Positions 18,014 through 27,635 of a stretch of DNA of 64,000 nt are shown here, in pieces. Position 1 is the first letter of the stretch. Each line of letters begins with the position of its first letter. The stretch spans positions 416,001 to 480,000 of the forward strand of contig CAWAWS010000003.1 of the NCBI GenBank assembly GCA_963785725.1, given 5' to 3'. The notes below the pieces were generated by a model. That model was not told the origin of the DNA and ran no database searches. It saw only the letters and a program-made list of their open reading frames with translations. A program made the position numbers and the translations under genes. The DNA comes from an uncultured delta proteobacterium (GTDB lineage: Bacteria > Myxococcota_A > Polyangia > Palsa-1104).

Positions 18014-18307
18014 TCACGGCGTGCCCGGCCCCGGCGAACCGCTGGCGCAGAGCGTGACCTCCACGCCGCCGTGCAGCGGCAGCGGCTGCGCCGTGCAATC
18101 AGGTCCCGCGCAAGGAGCGCACTCGTAATCGACCTCGAGACAATACTGCTCGCAGTGCGGATCGAGCGCGCCCGCGATCGATCGCGTCGCAGGTGTGCAT
18201 GAATTGCTCGACACGAGATAGGGCGCCGGCGGCGTCGGCAGCGAGACGAAGTATTCGCCCGGCAACAGCGCGATGGGCTGATTGAAGACGCCGGAGAGGC
18301 CGGGCAC
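18014..18307 (-). CDS. Small Cys-rich protein, distant member of the same family (possibly frameshifted or truncated)
   Basis: LLPGEYFVSL resembles IPAGNYVVTL. D.HCEQY.LEV...C...C...PLPLHGG..V.LC resembles the 17755 ORF. Confidence 0.45.
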   Translation of the reverse strand: MPGLSGVFNQPIALLPGEYFVSLPTPPAPYLVSSNSCTPATRSIAGALDPHCEQYCLEVDYECAPCAGPDCTAQPLPLHGGVEVTLCASGSPGPGTP

Positions 18308-18544
18308 GCTCGCGTTCTGGGCCGCGTAGGCCCTTCACTCCCGTCGCTGCCGCCGCTCATCCGCTCGGCATACCTCAAGTGACATCCGAATCGGCCGATG
18401 GGATCGGCGGTAGTCACGCCGCAACGCTCGCGACGGCCTGCGACCGCGACGACCACGTCTGCCAGGGCGATACCGCCGCCGACAGATCGCGGGACGCGAA
18501 CGCCCGCACGTCTTCCGTGCCGTCGACAAAAGGTTGGATGGTTC

Positions 18545-20548
18545 ATGAGCGGTAGACGCCTGGCAGGGCTCTTCGTGTCACTCTTCGTCTTCACCGGCTG
18601 CGGCGGTGCCAATCGTGGCGACCGCGGCGCCACACTCGATTCCGGCGCCGGCACGACCGTGCCGCCGGCCGGCGATCTGGCGATGGCGGCCGCCGCCGAT
18701 CTCGCGCCGCCGGCCGACCTCGCCGACGCCGGTCCGACGACGGCGCGGCTGACGGTCACGGTCAGCGGTGGCGGCACCGTCGTGTCGATCCCGGGCGGCA
18801 TCGCCTGTGGCACGACTTGCGCCGCCGACTTCGCCATCGCCACGCGCGTCGTCCTCGTCCCGTCGGCCACGTCGTCGCCGGGCACGTCGTTTCAGGGCTG
18901 GTCGGGCGCGTGTAGCGGAATTGGCTTGTGCACCATCGATCTCGCTGCCGACAGCACGGTGACGGCGACGTTCGTGGCGCCGCCGGTCGTCGGCGTCGCC
19001 ATCACGAGCGGTCCCGATGCGCTGGCACGCTCGCGTGATGCGACCTTCGTGTTCGTCAACGCCACCGGCGCGACGAGCTGCACGCTCGACGGCGCCGCCG
19101 CGCCCTGCACGTCGCCCGCGAGCTACGCCGGCCTCGCCGACGGCAACCACGCGTTCGCGGTCGCCGACGCCGGCACCGGCACGAGCGCGAGCTGGAGCTG
19201 GACGGTCGACGGCACGCCGCCGGCGACCACGTTGACGGCCACGCCGACCACCCCGTCGAACCTCAGCGCGCCCTCGTTCTCGTTCACGGCCAGTGAGCCG
19301 GCGACATTCTATTGTCGTATCGATCAAGCCGCCTATTTCGCCTGCGCGTCGCCGTATCGGACGAGCCCGCTCGCCGACGGAGATCATACGTTCCTCGTGT
19401 TCGCCGTCGACAGCGCGGGCAACGTCGATCCGTCGCCCAAGTCGTATGCGTGGAACATTCACACGACGAAGCCGGTCACGACGATCACCTCGGCGCCGCC
19501 CACGCTCACCTATGCCTCGCAGGTGACGTTCACCTTCGCGACCGTCGACAGCGAGTCGGTGACGTTTGCCTGCACCGTCGACAACTCGCAGCCGCTCGCC
19601 TGCTCGTCGCCGTGGACGGTCGGCAACCTGCCCGAGGGCACGCACACCTTCACGGTCGTCGCCACCGACGTCGCCGGCAACGTCGACGCGACGCCGCCGT
19701 CGGCGACATGGACCTTCCACTACCCGTGGGTGGCGGTCGGCTCGCAAGCGGGGTCGACGCTGGGCTACTGGTCGTGGTCGGCCGGGCTCAGCAGCACACT
19801 CTACCTGGCCAACGGCAACGGGCTCGCGATCACCTTCGACACGAACGCCAACACGTTCGGCTCGTGGGCGCAGAGCGGCATCTGCACCTGCGGCTATGTC
19901 GCGCCGTTCATCGTCGACGCCGGCAACATCTTCGACTTCGCCGGCGTCGGCGAGCAGTACGTGACCGCGAGCGACAGCTGGGGCGGCGTTCCCTATCCGA
20001 ATGCGGACGGTGAATGGGGCTCGGCAGCGCTCAACGGCCTCATCTACTTGGCGGGCGCACGCTACACGCCGACGACGGTGCGCACGTACGATCCCGTGCT
20101 GCAGGTGTGGTCGACGGTGGCGAGCTACCCGTTCAACGTCTACTCCCCGGCGCTGGCGACGTATGGCGGTAAGATCTACGGCTTCGGCGGCGACACGGCG
20201 GGCACGGGCACGGTCGTGACCGTGTACGATCCACTGCTCGACGCGTGGACGACGTCGCCGAACGCGATGCCGTATCCGCTCGCGCAGAGCGCCATCGCGC
20301 AGCAGGCGCAGCCGGTCGGCGATCGCATCTATGTCGAGGTCATCACCGATCCGAGCCTGTTCGCGATCGGGATCGCGGCCTACGACCCGCTCGCCGACGC
20401 CTGGGATCCGATGCCGATCCCGCTGCCCACGCTGGCGCCTTCGACGACCTCGGCGCAGATCGTCGCCGCCAACGGCAAGCTGTTCCTCGTCGGCGACGGC
20501 ACGAGCGCGAGCGGCGTCGCGGCGACCGTCTGGACCTTGAAGCCGTAG
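18545..20548 (+). CDS. Surface lipoprotein: InlB-B-like repeat, three Ig-like domains, Kelch propeller
   Basis: Lipobox FTGC. GGGTVVS.PGGIACG...F.GWSGAC repeat, CTSP.SY..LADG.H.F.V Ig repeats, and YDP....W / IYGFGG Kelch motifs. Confidence 0.85.
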   Translation: MSGRRLAGLFVSLFVFTGCGGANRGDRGATLDSGAGTTVPPAGDLAMAAAADLAPPADLADAGPTTARLTVTVSGGGTVVSIPGGIACGTTCAADFAIATRVVLVPSATSSPGTSFQGWSGACSGIGLCTIDLAADSTVTATFVAPPVVGVAITSGPDALARSRDATFVFVNATGATSCTLDGAAAPCTSPASYAGLADGNHAFAVADAGTGTSASWSWTVDGTPPATTLTATPTTPSNLSAPSFSFTASEPATFYCRIDQAAYFACASPYRTSPLADGDHTFLVFAVDSAGNVDPSPKSYAWNIHTTKPVTTITSAPPTLTYASQVTFTFATVDSESVTFACTVDNSQPLACSSPWTVGNLPEGTHTFTVVATDVAGNVDATPPSATWTFHYPWVAVGSQAGSTLGYWSWSAGLSSTLYLANGNGLAITFDTNANTFGSWAQSGICTCGYVAPFIVDAGNIFDFAGVGEQYVTASDSWGGVPYPNADGEWGSAALNGLIYLAGARYTPTTVRTYDPVLQVWSTVASYPFNVYSPALATYGGKIYGFGGDTAGTGTVVTVYDPLLDAWTTSPNAMPYPLAQSAIAQQAQPVGDRIYVEVITDPSLFAIGIAAYDPLADAWDPMPIPLPTLAPSTTSAQIVAANGKLFLVGDGTSASGVAATVWTLKP

Positions 20549-20659
20549 CGGTCGCGCCCGCAGACGTAACAGCGCGCGGCCGAACGCGCTCTTCGCGCAT
20601 CACGCCTCGTCCGCTCCCCGCCATCACGACACGCCTGAGTCGTCCCGTTCGTTGCCGAG

Positions 20660-20745
20660 TGAAGTGGACCCCCAAAGTGGACCACTCGCTAAGAGAGTTT
20701 CTGCTCCAAACTGAAGGAGCAGTACATGAAGAGGACTCGGCGTAT
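20660..20745 (+). mobile_element. IS3-family left-end remnant (IRL, RBS and first codons of orfA)
   Basis: TGAAGTGGACCCCCAAAGTGGACCAC resembles IS3-family terminal IRs. It is followed by AAGGAG and ATG 20726 encoding MKRTRR, a typical orfA start. No further transposase sequence follows. Confidence 0.55.
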
Positions 20746-20779
20746 CCGTTCGACAAGACGCGTCTTGTCGAACGGATAC
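20742..20779. repeat. Perfect 38-bp palindrome GTATCCGTTCGACAAGACG|CGTCTTGTCGAACGGATAC
   Basis: 19/19 complementary bases on each side of the 20760/20761 centre, with no spacer. Confidence 0.95.
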
Positions 20780-20886
20780 AACTAAGCGATAGGGAACTCG
20801 TAGACGTTGCCGTCCTGGCCAAGGGCAGCGTTCCAGTGTGACTTGGCCCATGCCTGAGTCGCGGCGCCTTGTGATACAGGAAGAGA

Positions 20887-21417
20887 ATGCTCAATCTGCG
20901 CGCATCTGTGGTCACTGCGGGAATGGCGGCTGCCTTGCTTCTGAACGGGTGCACCGCCGGCCAAATCGTCGATTCCAACTTTAATGCCTATTCCGTCGGC
21001 GACGGCGGCGTCACGTTCGCGGCCGTCGATTCGACCGGACATCTGACGGGCACCTCCTACGAGTTTGCGCTGGCCACAAACGGCAGCGTAGTCTCCTTCG
21101 ATCCGGATGCGCCGGCGTCTGCCGCTAACGTCAAGGTGACCATTCCCGCGGGCAACTACGTCGTCACGTTGTTCAGCGATACCGATCCGAGCTTTCGGGC
21201 GGGTTCGGCATCGTCGCCCATCTTCGAGCACACCTACGACCCGAATGGGTGCACCGACTTCTACACCCAGCAACACGACGAATGGTGTGCACTCTATTAT
21301 TTCCAGATCAGCAATAACTGCCCAACCTGCTGCGATCGAGGCGGAACCTGCGCGCTCACGCCGCTGCAGACCGGAGGGCCGAACGGCTACAAGATCGTCC
21401 CGCTGAAACACCCCTGA
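20887..21417 (+). CDS. Hypothetical Cys-rich lipoprotein
   Basis: Lipobox LLNGC, beta-rich N-domain and Cys-rich C-domain with paralogues at 17755 and 18014. Confidence 0.8.
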   Translation: MLNLRASVVTAGMAAALLLNGCTAGQIVDSNFNAYSVGDGGVTFAAVDSTGHLTGTSYEFALATNGSVVSFDPDAPASAANVKVTIPAGNYVVTLFSDTDPSFRAGSASSPIFEHTYDPNGCTDFYTQQHDEWCALYYFQISNNCPTCCDRGGTCALTPLQTGGPNGYKIVPLKHP

Positions 21418-21602
21418 TCCTTCCTTGTCTGCAGCACTTGGTCGACACGCGTGCGAGCAGCGATCGCGCCTTCTTTAGGTCGTCGCCTTTTCTCCAAGCC
21501 ACAGCCTGCGCCTACGCAGGTCGGCCAAGTCTCCGTTGAATTGTCTTCGTTCATCGGCGAGCAGCGACCGGGAAGCTAGGCAGCGATCCAGGCTGTTGGA
21601 GA

Positions 21603-21812
21603 GTGGCACGACGGAAGACGTCGTCGCAGAGCCGGCGTTGGACATCGGGCTGACCGAGCGTTCGTCGCCACAAGGCGGGAGCCAGCTCGAGACGAGACGT
21701 CGCTACGTCATTGGAAGTGGCGCCTGGCCAAGGAAGACAGGGCGGCGAAGAGCACCGCTGCCGCTTCGTCCCCGGTGCCGCCGTCGCTTCCGTTCGTCGA
21801 GGTGACGCCGAC
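21603..21812 (+). pseudogene. Degenerate IS66 accessory protein TnpA-like remnant
   Basis: Fragments W.SG(LT) and SLRHWKWRLAKE...SLPFVEVT match the TnpA pattern (W..SG.S...F...L..W...L ... FVEV). Broken by frameshifts and a stop. Confidence 0.45.
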
Positions 21813-21841
21813 CGGGGCGGGGGATCGCGAAGACCCATCGC

Positions 21842-21957
21842 ATGCGCAAGCGCGCACCGATGGCACCGGCTTCGGCCGACGCTGCGCCGACTCCCGCGCC
21901 CGCTGTCCCTTCACCCGCTCGCGCCAAAGAAGGCCGCAAAGGGTAAGATCGGCAACC
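21842..21957 (+). repeat. Direct repeat copy 1 (116 bp)
   Basis: Matches 24872-24988 with 3 substitutions and 1 indel. Confidence 0.95.
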
Positions 21958-22110
21958 ACTGAACATAGGGGCGGATCAGTTTCACTCCGCCGGATTGGAT
22001 CAGGCCCGTCCGTTCAATCCGAGGAGCTGCGCTCAATCGTGTGAAGAGTCTTCGCTCAATGAGCTGACCTTGTGAATAGGAGTGCGACCTCCAGTCAAGA
22101 AAGTAGGCTT

Positions 22111-22478
22111 CTAACCCTTTCAAGAACCGATGAAGGATAGCCAACCCAGACCATGAAGATCGGCACCTGAAGGAAAGAAAACTCCAGATGCCCCGCCTTT
22201 CCAGTCTTTTGTCGCGACGAAGCAGCCGACGGTGATCAGGGAGTGTGCAATCAAGAACGTTCCACCAAGCCTGAATGTTTGCGGCAGCAGCAGCAGCACT
22301 CCACCCACGCCCAACAGAAGAGACAAAACCTGGATGCCGAGCGCGAGACATGTTTGCTTTGTTGTAGACCAAGGCCGCCTCGGGGCGCACGGCTCCATTG
22401 ATTGCGTAGTAGATGGAGGCCGCGGAGCTGAGCAGCATCGAGCACGGCGACTAGCGTCTTCGTTATCGGAAGGTTCAT
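22111..22478 (-). pseudogene. DoxX-like small membrane protein, frameshifted
   Basis: Hydrophobic segments are spread over different frames: SIYYAINGAVRPEAALVYNKAN / LGIQVLSLLLGVGGVLLLLPQTF...KDWKGG / LEFSFLQVPIFMVWVGYP. Confidence 0.5.
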
Positions 22479-23038
22479 CGCTCGTACGTCCCGTCGAGAC
22501 GGCCGCGCGCGAGGACGATGCCCGGCCATCGCCTTCGCCAGCTGCGCTCGGGAGAGCGAAGCACGATCTCCCGGCAACGGCGCCGCGAGCGCGAAGAGCT
22601 GAAACACGTAGGTATGAGGTCCATGGTCGGGTACTGGAGTCGGCCCTCGATAGCCCCGCCCGCCGAACGTGCCCTTGCCGAACACGCCCGGATGCTGCCG
22701 CCCTTTGGCCGAGCACGCCCTCGGACGAGCCGAGTGACCTCGGGCGGGATCGCGGTCACGACGGTGTGGACGAACGGGCGCGGAAGCGGCGCGTCCGCGT
22801 CTTCGATCACCAGCGCGAGCTCGACCGTGCCGCGCGGGATGTTCCTCCACGCCAGCGGTGGCGACAGGTTCTCTCCCACGCCTTCGCCGGCGTGACGGCG
22901 CGGGATCGATGCGCCGCTCTCGAAGGCATCGCTCATGATCTCGATGCTGGCGGGGGCATCCTTGCCTGCCTCGCTGTTCCAGAGCAGGCCGCGCTCGCCA
23001 GCGCGTACGCCGCGCAGCATGCGTCCGACGAAGCTCAC
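22475..23038 (-). pseudogene. YbhB/YbcL (PEBP/RKIP-like) protein with two compensating frameshifts
   Basis: GENLSPPLAW, ELALVIEDADAP and FVH are in one frame, GYRGPTPVPDHGPHTYVFQLFAL is in another, and LARGRLDGTYER returns to the first frame. Confidence 0.8.
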
Positions 23039-23088
23039 GGGCCTCCGCCGGAAGCGAAGCGCGGGTCTTCGTCGCGACCAGGCTCCGG

Positions 23089-24149
23089 TCACGTCGCGTC
23101 GTCGCTGCGAAGAACGGACGAATCTGATCCACGGCTTCCGTCACGTAGGGTTCGAGATCGTAGAGGTCGAAGTGACCCGCCTTCGCGATGAGGTGGAACT
23201 TCTTGGGGCCCTTCTTGTCCGCGTACAGCTTCTCCCCATCCGCCCGCGCATAGTCTCGCTGGGACGTGATGACCAGCAGCGGAATGGACTCGAGCCGAGG
23301 CAACGCTTCGGCGACGTCGTAGGCCGCCATCTTCTCGGCGGACCAGATCAGGAAGTCCTGTCTTCCGGTTGGGGTGCAGACCGCGATTCGGATCCTCGTA
23401 GTAGTCGATGGCCTTCAGCATGTCGCGGTACTTCGGGCTGAGCGACGCGATGGCGCGAGTGAGCGTCGAGATCTTCGGCATGAACGTCAGGTGCTTCGGC
23501 GGCTGTCCTCGCTCATAGGCCAGTCGCGGCCGCACGCGCTTCCGCGAGGACCTTCTCTCCCTTCCCATAGAGCCCGCCGAAGCCGGACGCGACCTGCTCT
23601 TTGACGGCGGTGTGCGGGACGATGCTCGCCAGGACCTTGATGCGTGGATCCGAAGCAGCTGCGAGCGGAAGGTATCCACCGCCGCCGCAGACGCCGACGC
23701 CGCCGATGCAGCTCTCGGATCGACCTGCGGCAGGCTGACAGGTAGGTGACTGCGCTCTTGGCGTCCTCCGCCTTCATGAACGGGTCTTCGTTGAGTCGTG
23801 GCTCACCCTCGCTCTCGCCGAAGGACGTGTGGTCGAACGCGATGGCCACGTAGCCGAGCTCGGCCATGCGGCGCGCGTAAACGCTCGCCGCCTGCTCCTT
23901 CACCGAGAACATCGGGCCGACGACGACGACGCCCGGACGGCGCGCGGCGGCACGCTCGCTCTCGGGCTCGAAGAGGAGCCCGGCAAGCCGCGCGTGACTC
24001 GCTGGATTGACGAAGCTCACCTTGGTGACCTTCACCGCTGGCCCTTTCGCCTTCCACTCGGGCGAGTGGTTCGACATCACGCGAGCCTTCCGTTCGGTCT
24101 TCCGTCCAAGGCGGGAAGTGCTGTCGGTCATGAGTCCGTTGTTTTCCAT
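23089..24149 (-). pseudogene. Alpha/beta hydrolase (YcjY-like, Cys nucleophile), multiply frameshifted
   Basis: GPMFSVKEQ, FDHTSFGESEGEPR..EDP, GVGVCGGGGY, and AGHFDLYD motifs are split across frames. RBS GGAGG precedes 24149. Confidence 0.8.
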
Positions 24150-24168
24150 GTCGAACCTCCTGAAAAAT

Positions 24169-24237
24169 AATTTACGTCACTTGGTGCCATTTGTCAACGA
24201 GTGTCATCTTGACACCTGCTGACACGTGTCGCATGCT
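24169..24237. promoter_or_regulatory. Back-to-back sigma70-type promoters with probable TetR operators
   Basis: Minus strand: TTGACA (24197-24192), 17 nt, TAAATT. Plus strand: TTGACA (24209-24214), 17 nt, CATGCT. Inverted repeat GTGTCA-TCT-TGACAC at 24201-24215. Confidence 0.65.
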
Positions 24238-24243
24238 TGGGTT

Positions 24244-24834
24244 ATGCACGATGCTGAGAACGGGCTCCGCGCCAGGAAGCGCCGTGAGCTCAAGGAGGAG
24301 TTGTCCCGCCAAGGAATGCAGCTCTTCGTTCAGAACGGATTCGATCAGACGACGATTGAGCAGATCGTCGACCCGCTCGGTGTCTCGAAGCGGACTTTCT
24401 TTCGCTACTTCCCGACCAAGGAAGACCTGCTCTTCGCCTGGTACGAGGAGCTGACGGGCGCGCTCGTGGAGACGCTGCAATCACGCCCGAGGGACGAGGA
24501 GCCTTTCGCGGCGGTCTGCCAGACCTTGCTCTCCTTGCTGCGCTACTACGACGGCGATCCCAAGTGGGCGCTTGCGATGGTTCGTCTCGCCAAGCAGACC
24601 CCTGCTCTCACCGGGAAGAGCTATGAGAAGCGATCCATGTGGGAGGCAGCGCTCGCCACGGCCCTCTCGCCTCGCCTATCCAAGAGCGCAACGCGCGAGC
24701 TGCGGGCTAGGGTGATCGTCGGTTCGGCGATGGCCGCATTCAGCTACGGCGTCGATGCTTGGGCGGAGGCAGACGCGAAGGGGGATCTCCGCCGGTACAT
24801 CGACCTCGCGTTCTCCTTCGCGAAAGACCTCTGA
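24244..24834 (+). CDS. TetR/AcrR-family transcriptional regulator
   Basis: GLRARKR, LF.QNGFDQTTIEQI...GVSKRTFFRYFPTKEDL HTH motif. Confidence 0.95.
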   Translation: MHDAENGLRARKRRELKEELSRQGMQLFVQNGFDQTTIEQIVDPLGVSKRTFFRYFPTKEDLLFAWYEELTGALVETLQSRPRDEEPFAAVCQTLLSLLRYYDGDPKWALAMVRLAKQTPALTGKSYEKRSMWEAALATALSPRLSKSATRELRARVIVGSAMAAFSYGVDAWAEADAKGDLRRYIDLAFSFAKDL

Positions 24835-24871
24835 CATTTCGACGCGGCGACTCACGGTCCGACGGCGGCGA

Positions 24872-24988
24872 ATGCGTAAGCGCGCACCGACGGCACCGGC
24901 TTCCGCCGACGCTGCGCCGACTCCCGCGCCCGCTGTCCCTTCACCCGCTCGCGCCAAAAGAAGGCCGCAAAGGGTAAGATCGGCAACC
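24872..24988 (+). repeat. Direct repeat copy 2 (117 bp)
   Basis: Matches 21842-21957. Confidence 0.95.
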
Positions 24989-25187
24989 GCGTTCGACGAA
25001 CAGCGTCGTGACCAGCCTGGAATGAAGCGCTATCTGATGCGGGCATGGAGCGACGGTTCCGCGAGAAATCTGGTTCGACCGAGTCGCGCGCTAGCGTGAG
25101 AGCGGCGGGAATCCTTCTGCGTCGGCATCGCGGCGTGGCGCTCGTTATCAAAACCGCCAGCCCAATGCCTCACCGAGCAGTCGCCCC

Positions 25188-25867
25188 TCAGCTGAAGGCG
25201 CTCGCATCGTTGGACAGGAGCAGCGGGTGCGACTCGGTCCCCTGAAGGACCACGAGTGTCGGCGCGTCGCGATAGCCCCGAGCCGCTTCGGGGTTGGGCA
25301 ACCGCCGCGCGAGCCCGCCAACGGCGGTGCGCCCGCCGGCGATGACAACGGCCTCGTGCGCGCGATACTCAACTCCAGAGACGAGGCCTTCGGCTGGCCG
25401 ACCCCGGTCGGCCAGGAGTCGCTCGAGATCTTCACGGGCAGCGGCGAAAGAAGGCAGCCGCGCATTTCGGTCGGGCCGAAGGGACGGAACGTCACCAGCG
25501 CCGATTCGCACGAGCGCCACGTCGCTTTCGTCGCGCAGCAGGAAGTCGACCCCGCGCCTCTCCTCGATGATCGCGTGCCAATTGCTGCCAGCTGGCGTGG
25601 CTCGATACTGCTCGACGACGAGCGAGTAGTAGACGCAGGCACGCCGCGACAGCGGCGCTTCGACGGTGCCGCCACGCTCCGCCACCACGTCGCCCACGAT
25701 CTTGACGATGCGGCCGTCCTTGACGCGCGCGATGGTCGTGGCCGGCATGGCGCGCAGCGCGCGGCCCGCCCGCCGTTCCGGTTGGCGGTACAGGTACTCG
25801 AGCCGCCCGCCCAAGCCGAGGACGAAGGCGGTGCCGACGATGTATAGAGGCCACAAGTCAGACCACA
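25188..25867 (-). CDS. Membrane-anchored GIDE-like domain protein
   Basis: N-terminal TM helix, then VKIVG.V, APLS.RACVYY, DFLLRDES..ALV, YRAHEAV, and GYRDAP motifs. Start is uncertain. Confidence 0.7.
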
Positions 25868-26362
25868 CCGCACCAGTGTATCCGCGTTCCGCGGCCACGA
25901 AATGAGAAACGTATCGTAAGCGTTCGATCAACAGCGTCCTGACTGCGGTGGAGCGAGGGGATGCCGCTCCATCAACACGTCGCTATTCCGCAACGGGCGT
26001 CCTAGCGCCGTGGCGATCGCCAGGACAGCTTCTAACGCGCCTCGTAGGTGGCGTGTCGAGCCGTCGCTGGTGCGCTGTCAGGCTGGCTTTCGGGAGCTGG
26101 CCAGTCCATCGACCGCCGCGTCGTGATACCGCTGTATCGAAACTTCCTGCGCGCATCTCGAACGCGAAACGTCCAGCGTATGCGGCGACGTCGACAGCGC
26201 AGCAATGTGCTCGGCGACGAGCGTAGCGCCGCTGGTGCCGTTGCGCAGCCGTCGATGCGCAGACAGCGTCGGCGTTGGATTGCGACGGCGCCGACGCGAC
26301 CGCGACCAAGTTAGAGAGCGCTTGCTCCAATCGATCGCCGGCCTAAGCACCTCGTAGATCTG

Positions 26363-27445
26363 CTAAGGCCAAGGATGCAGCACGATGCGACCCGCGAGAT
26401 TGCCGGCCTCCTGAGTCGCATGGGCCTGGGCCGCTTCCGCGAGCGGAAAAACCCGATCGATGGGGACGCGTAGGACGCCGCGATTCATCAGTTCCCAGAC
26501 CGCCAATTGGTCGGCAGGCGTCCCGCCGCGCACGGCTCTGACGGTGAGCTCAGACCGGTTCATGTCATCGCCCGTGAGCGGCAACGGCGCCGCGCCACCG
26601 AACGTGAGACACAGCGTTCCGCCTAGCCGCATGGCTTCGCAGCACAAGCGAACCATCTCTTTGTTGCCAGTGTAGTCCACTGCACCATCGACACCGCGGC
26701 CGCCTGTCAGGTCCAGCACGGCGCGCAGGTCGTCGCCTCCGGTTATCACGACGTGGTCGGCACCCGAGCTTTGGAGCGCCTGCGTTTTCTTGGCATCACG
26801 CGTGGTCGCGATGGTGACCGCGCCGGCCAGCTTCGCAAGGCTCAACGTGGCGAAGCCCATCCCGCCCGTTGCGCCGGTGACCAGGACTGCGTCGCCCAAT
26901 TTGACGGCGAGCCTCGTGCTGACGACCCGATGCGACGTCGTTGCAGCCCACATGACGCACGCGGCGTCATCGAAGCTGATGCGATCGGCGAGCGGGAGCC
27001 AATAGCTTTCGGGACGCGAAACGAACTGGGCATACGCGCCGAACATGGAATGGCCGGGGATATCCACGCCCGACGAAAGATTCCCGAGGCCACGGATGGT
27101 CTCGATCGAGTCGGGGTTTGCGGGATGCGTCTTGCCCACTACTCTGTCGCCAGGTTTGAACGTCGTTACCGAAGCGCCCACCGCTTCGACGACGCCCGCG
27201 CAATCGCGACCGAGCTGCATCGGCATGGGAAACGCTTTGCGACCGGGCAACGCGACCTTGGCTTCGACGTTGCCGCGATGGAGCAATCCCATCCGGTACT
27301 TGATGTCGAACCCGGACACCGACGTCGCTTCCACCTTCACCAGGACGTCGCTCGGACCCACCTCGGGCATCGGGTAATCCGCAATCTTCAGAACTTCCGG
27401 CCCACCGAACTCATGAATCCGCACCGCTTTCATGCTCTTCTGCAC
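26363..27445 (-). CDS. MDR-superfamily (quinone oxidoreductase/alcohol dehydrogenase-like) oxidoreductase
   Basis: MKAVRIHEFGGPEVL, LG.DCAGVVEAVG, VLVTGATGGMG, FPLAEAAQAH, GRIVL. RBS GGAGG. Confidence 0.92.
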   Translation of the reverse strand: MQKSMKAVRIHEFGGPEVLKIADYPMPEVGPSDVLVKVEATSVSGFDIKYRMGLLHRGNVEAKVALPGRKAFPMPMQLGRDCAGVVEAVGASVTTFKPGDRVVGKTHPANPDSIETIRGLGNLSSGVDIPGHSMFGAYAQFVSRPESYWLPLADRISFDDAACVMWAATTSHRVVSTRLAVKLGDAVLVTGATGGMGFATLSLAKLAGAVTIATTRDAKKTQALQSSGADHVVITGGDDLRAVLDLTGGRGVDGAVDYTGNKEMVRLCCEAMRLGGTLCLTFGGAAPLPLTGDDMNRSELTVRAVRGGTPADQLAVWELMNRGVLRVPIDRVFPLAEAAQAHATQEAGNLAGRIVLHPWP

Positions 27446-27635
27446 GGGTTACCCTCCGACCGAGTTTGGATGCGTCGATCTGAAGCGGACGTACCGAGTC
27501 TGTCAGCGTATCGTAAGTTGCGAGCGAGGTGCCTGTGAAGCCGATTCATAGTTCGTGACCCGACGAGAACAGGCGCGCGACGGCACCTCACCTTCTCTAC
27601 CCGCGGGCAAGTAGCTCATGCACGCGGCCGCTACC

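Noticed and set aside
25940..26350. Short ORFs between the GIDE-like and MDR genes as a toxin-antitoxin pair
   Set aside because: No recognisable TA motifs or RBS, and the overlapping frames are all Arg/Ala-rich.
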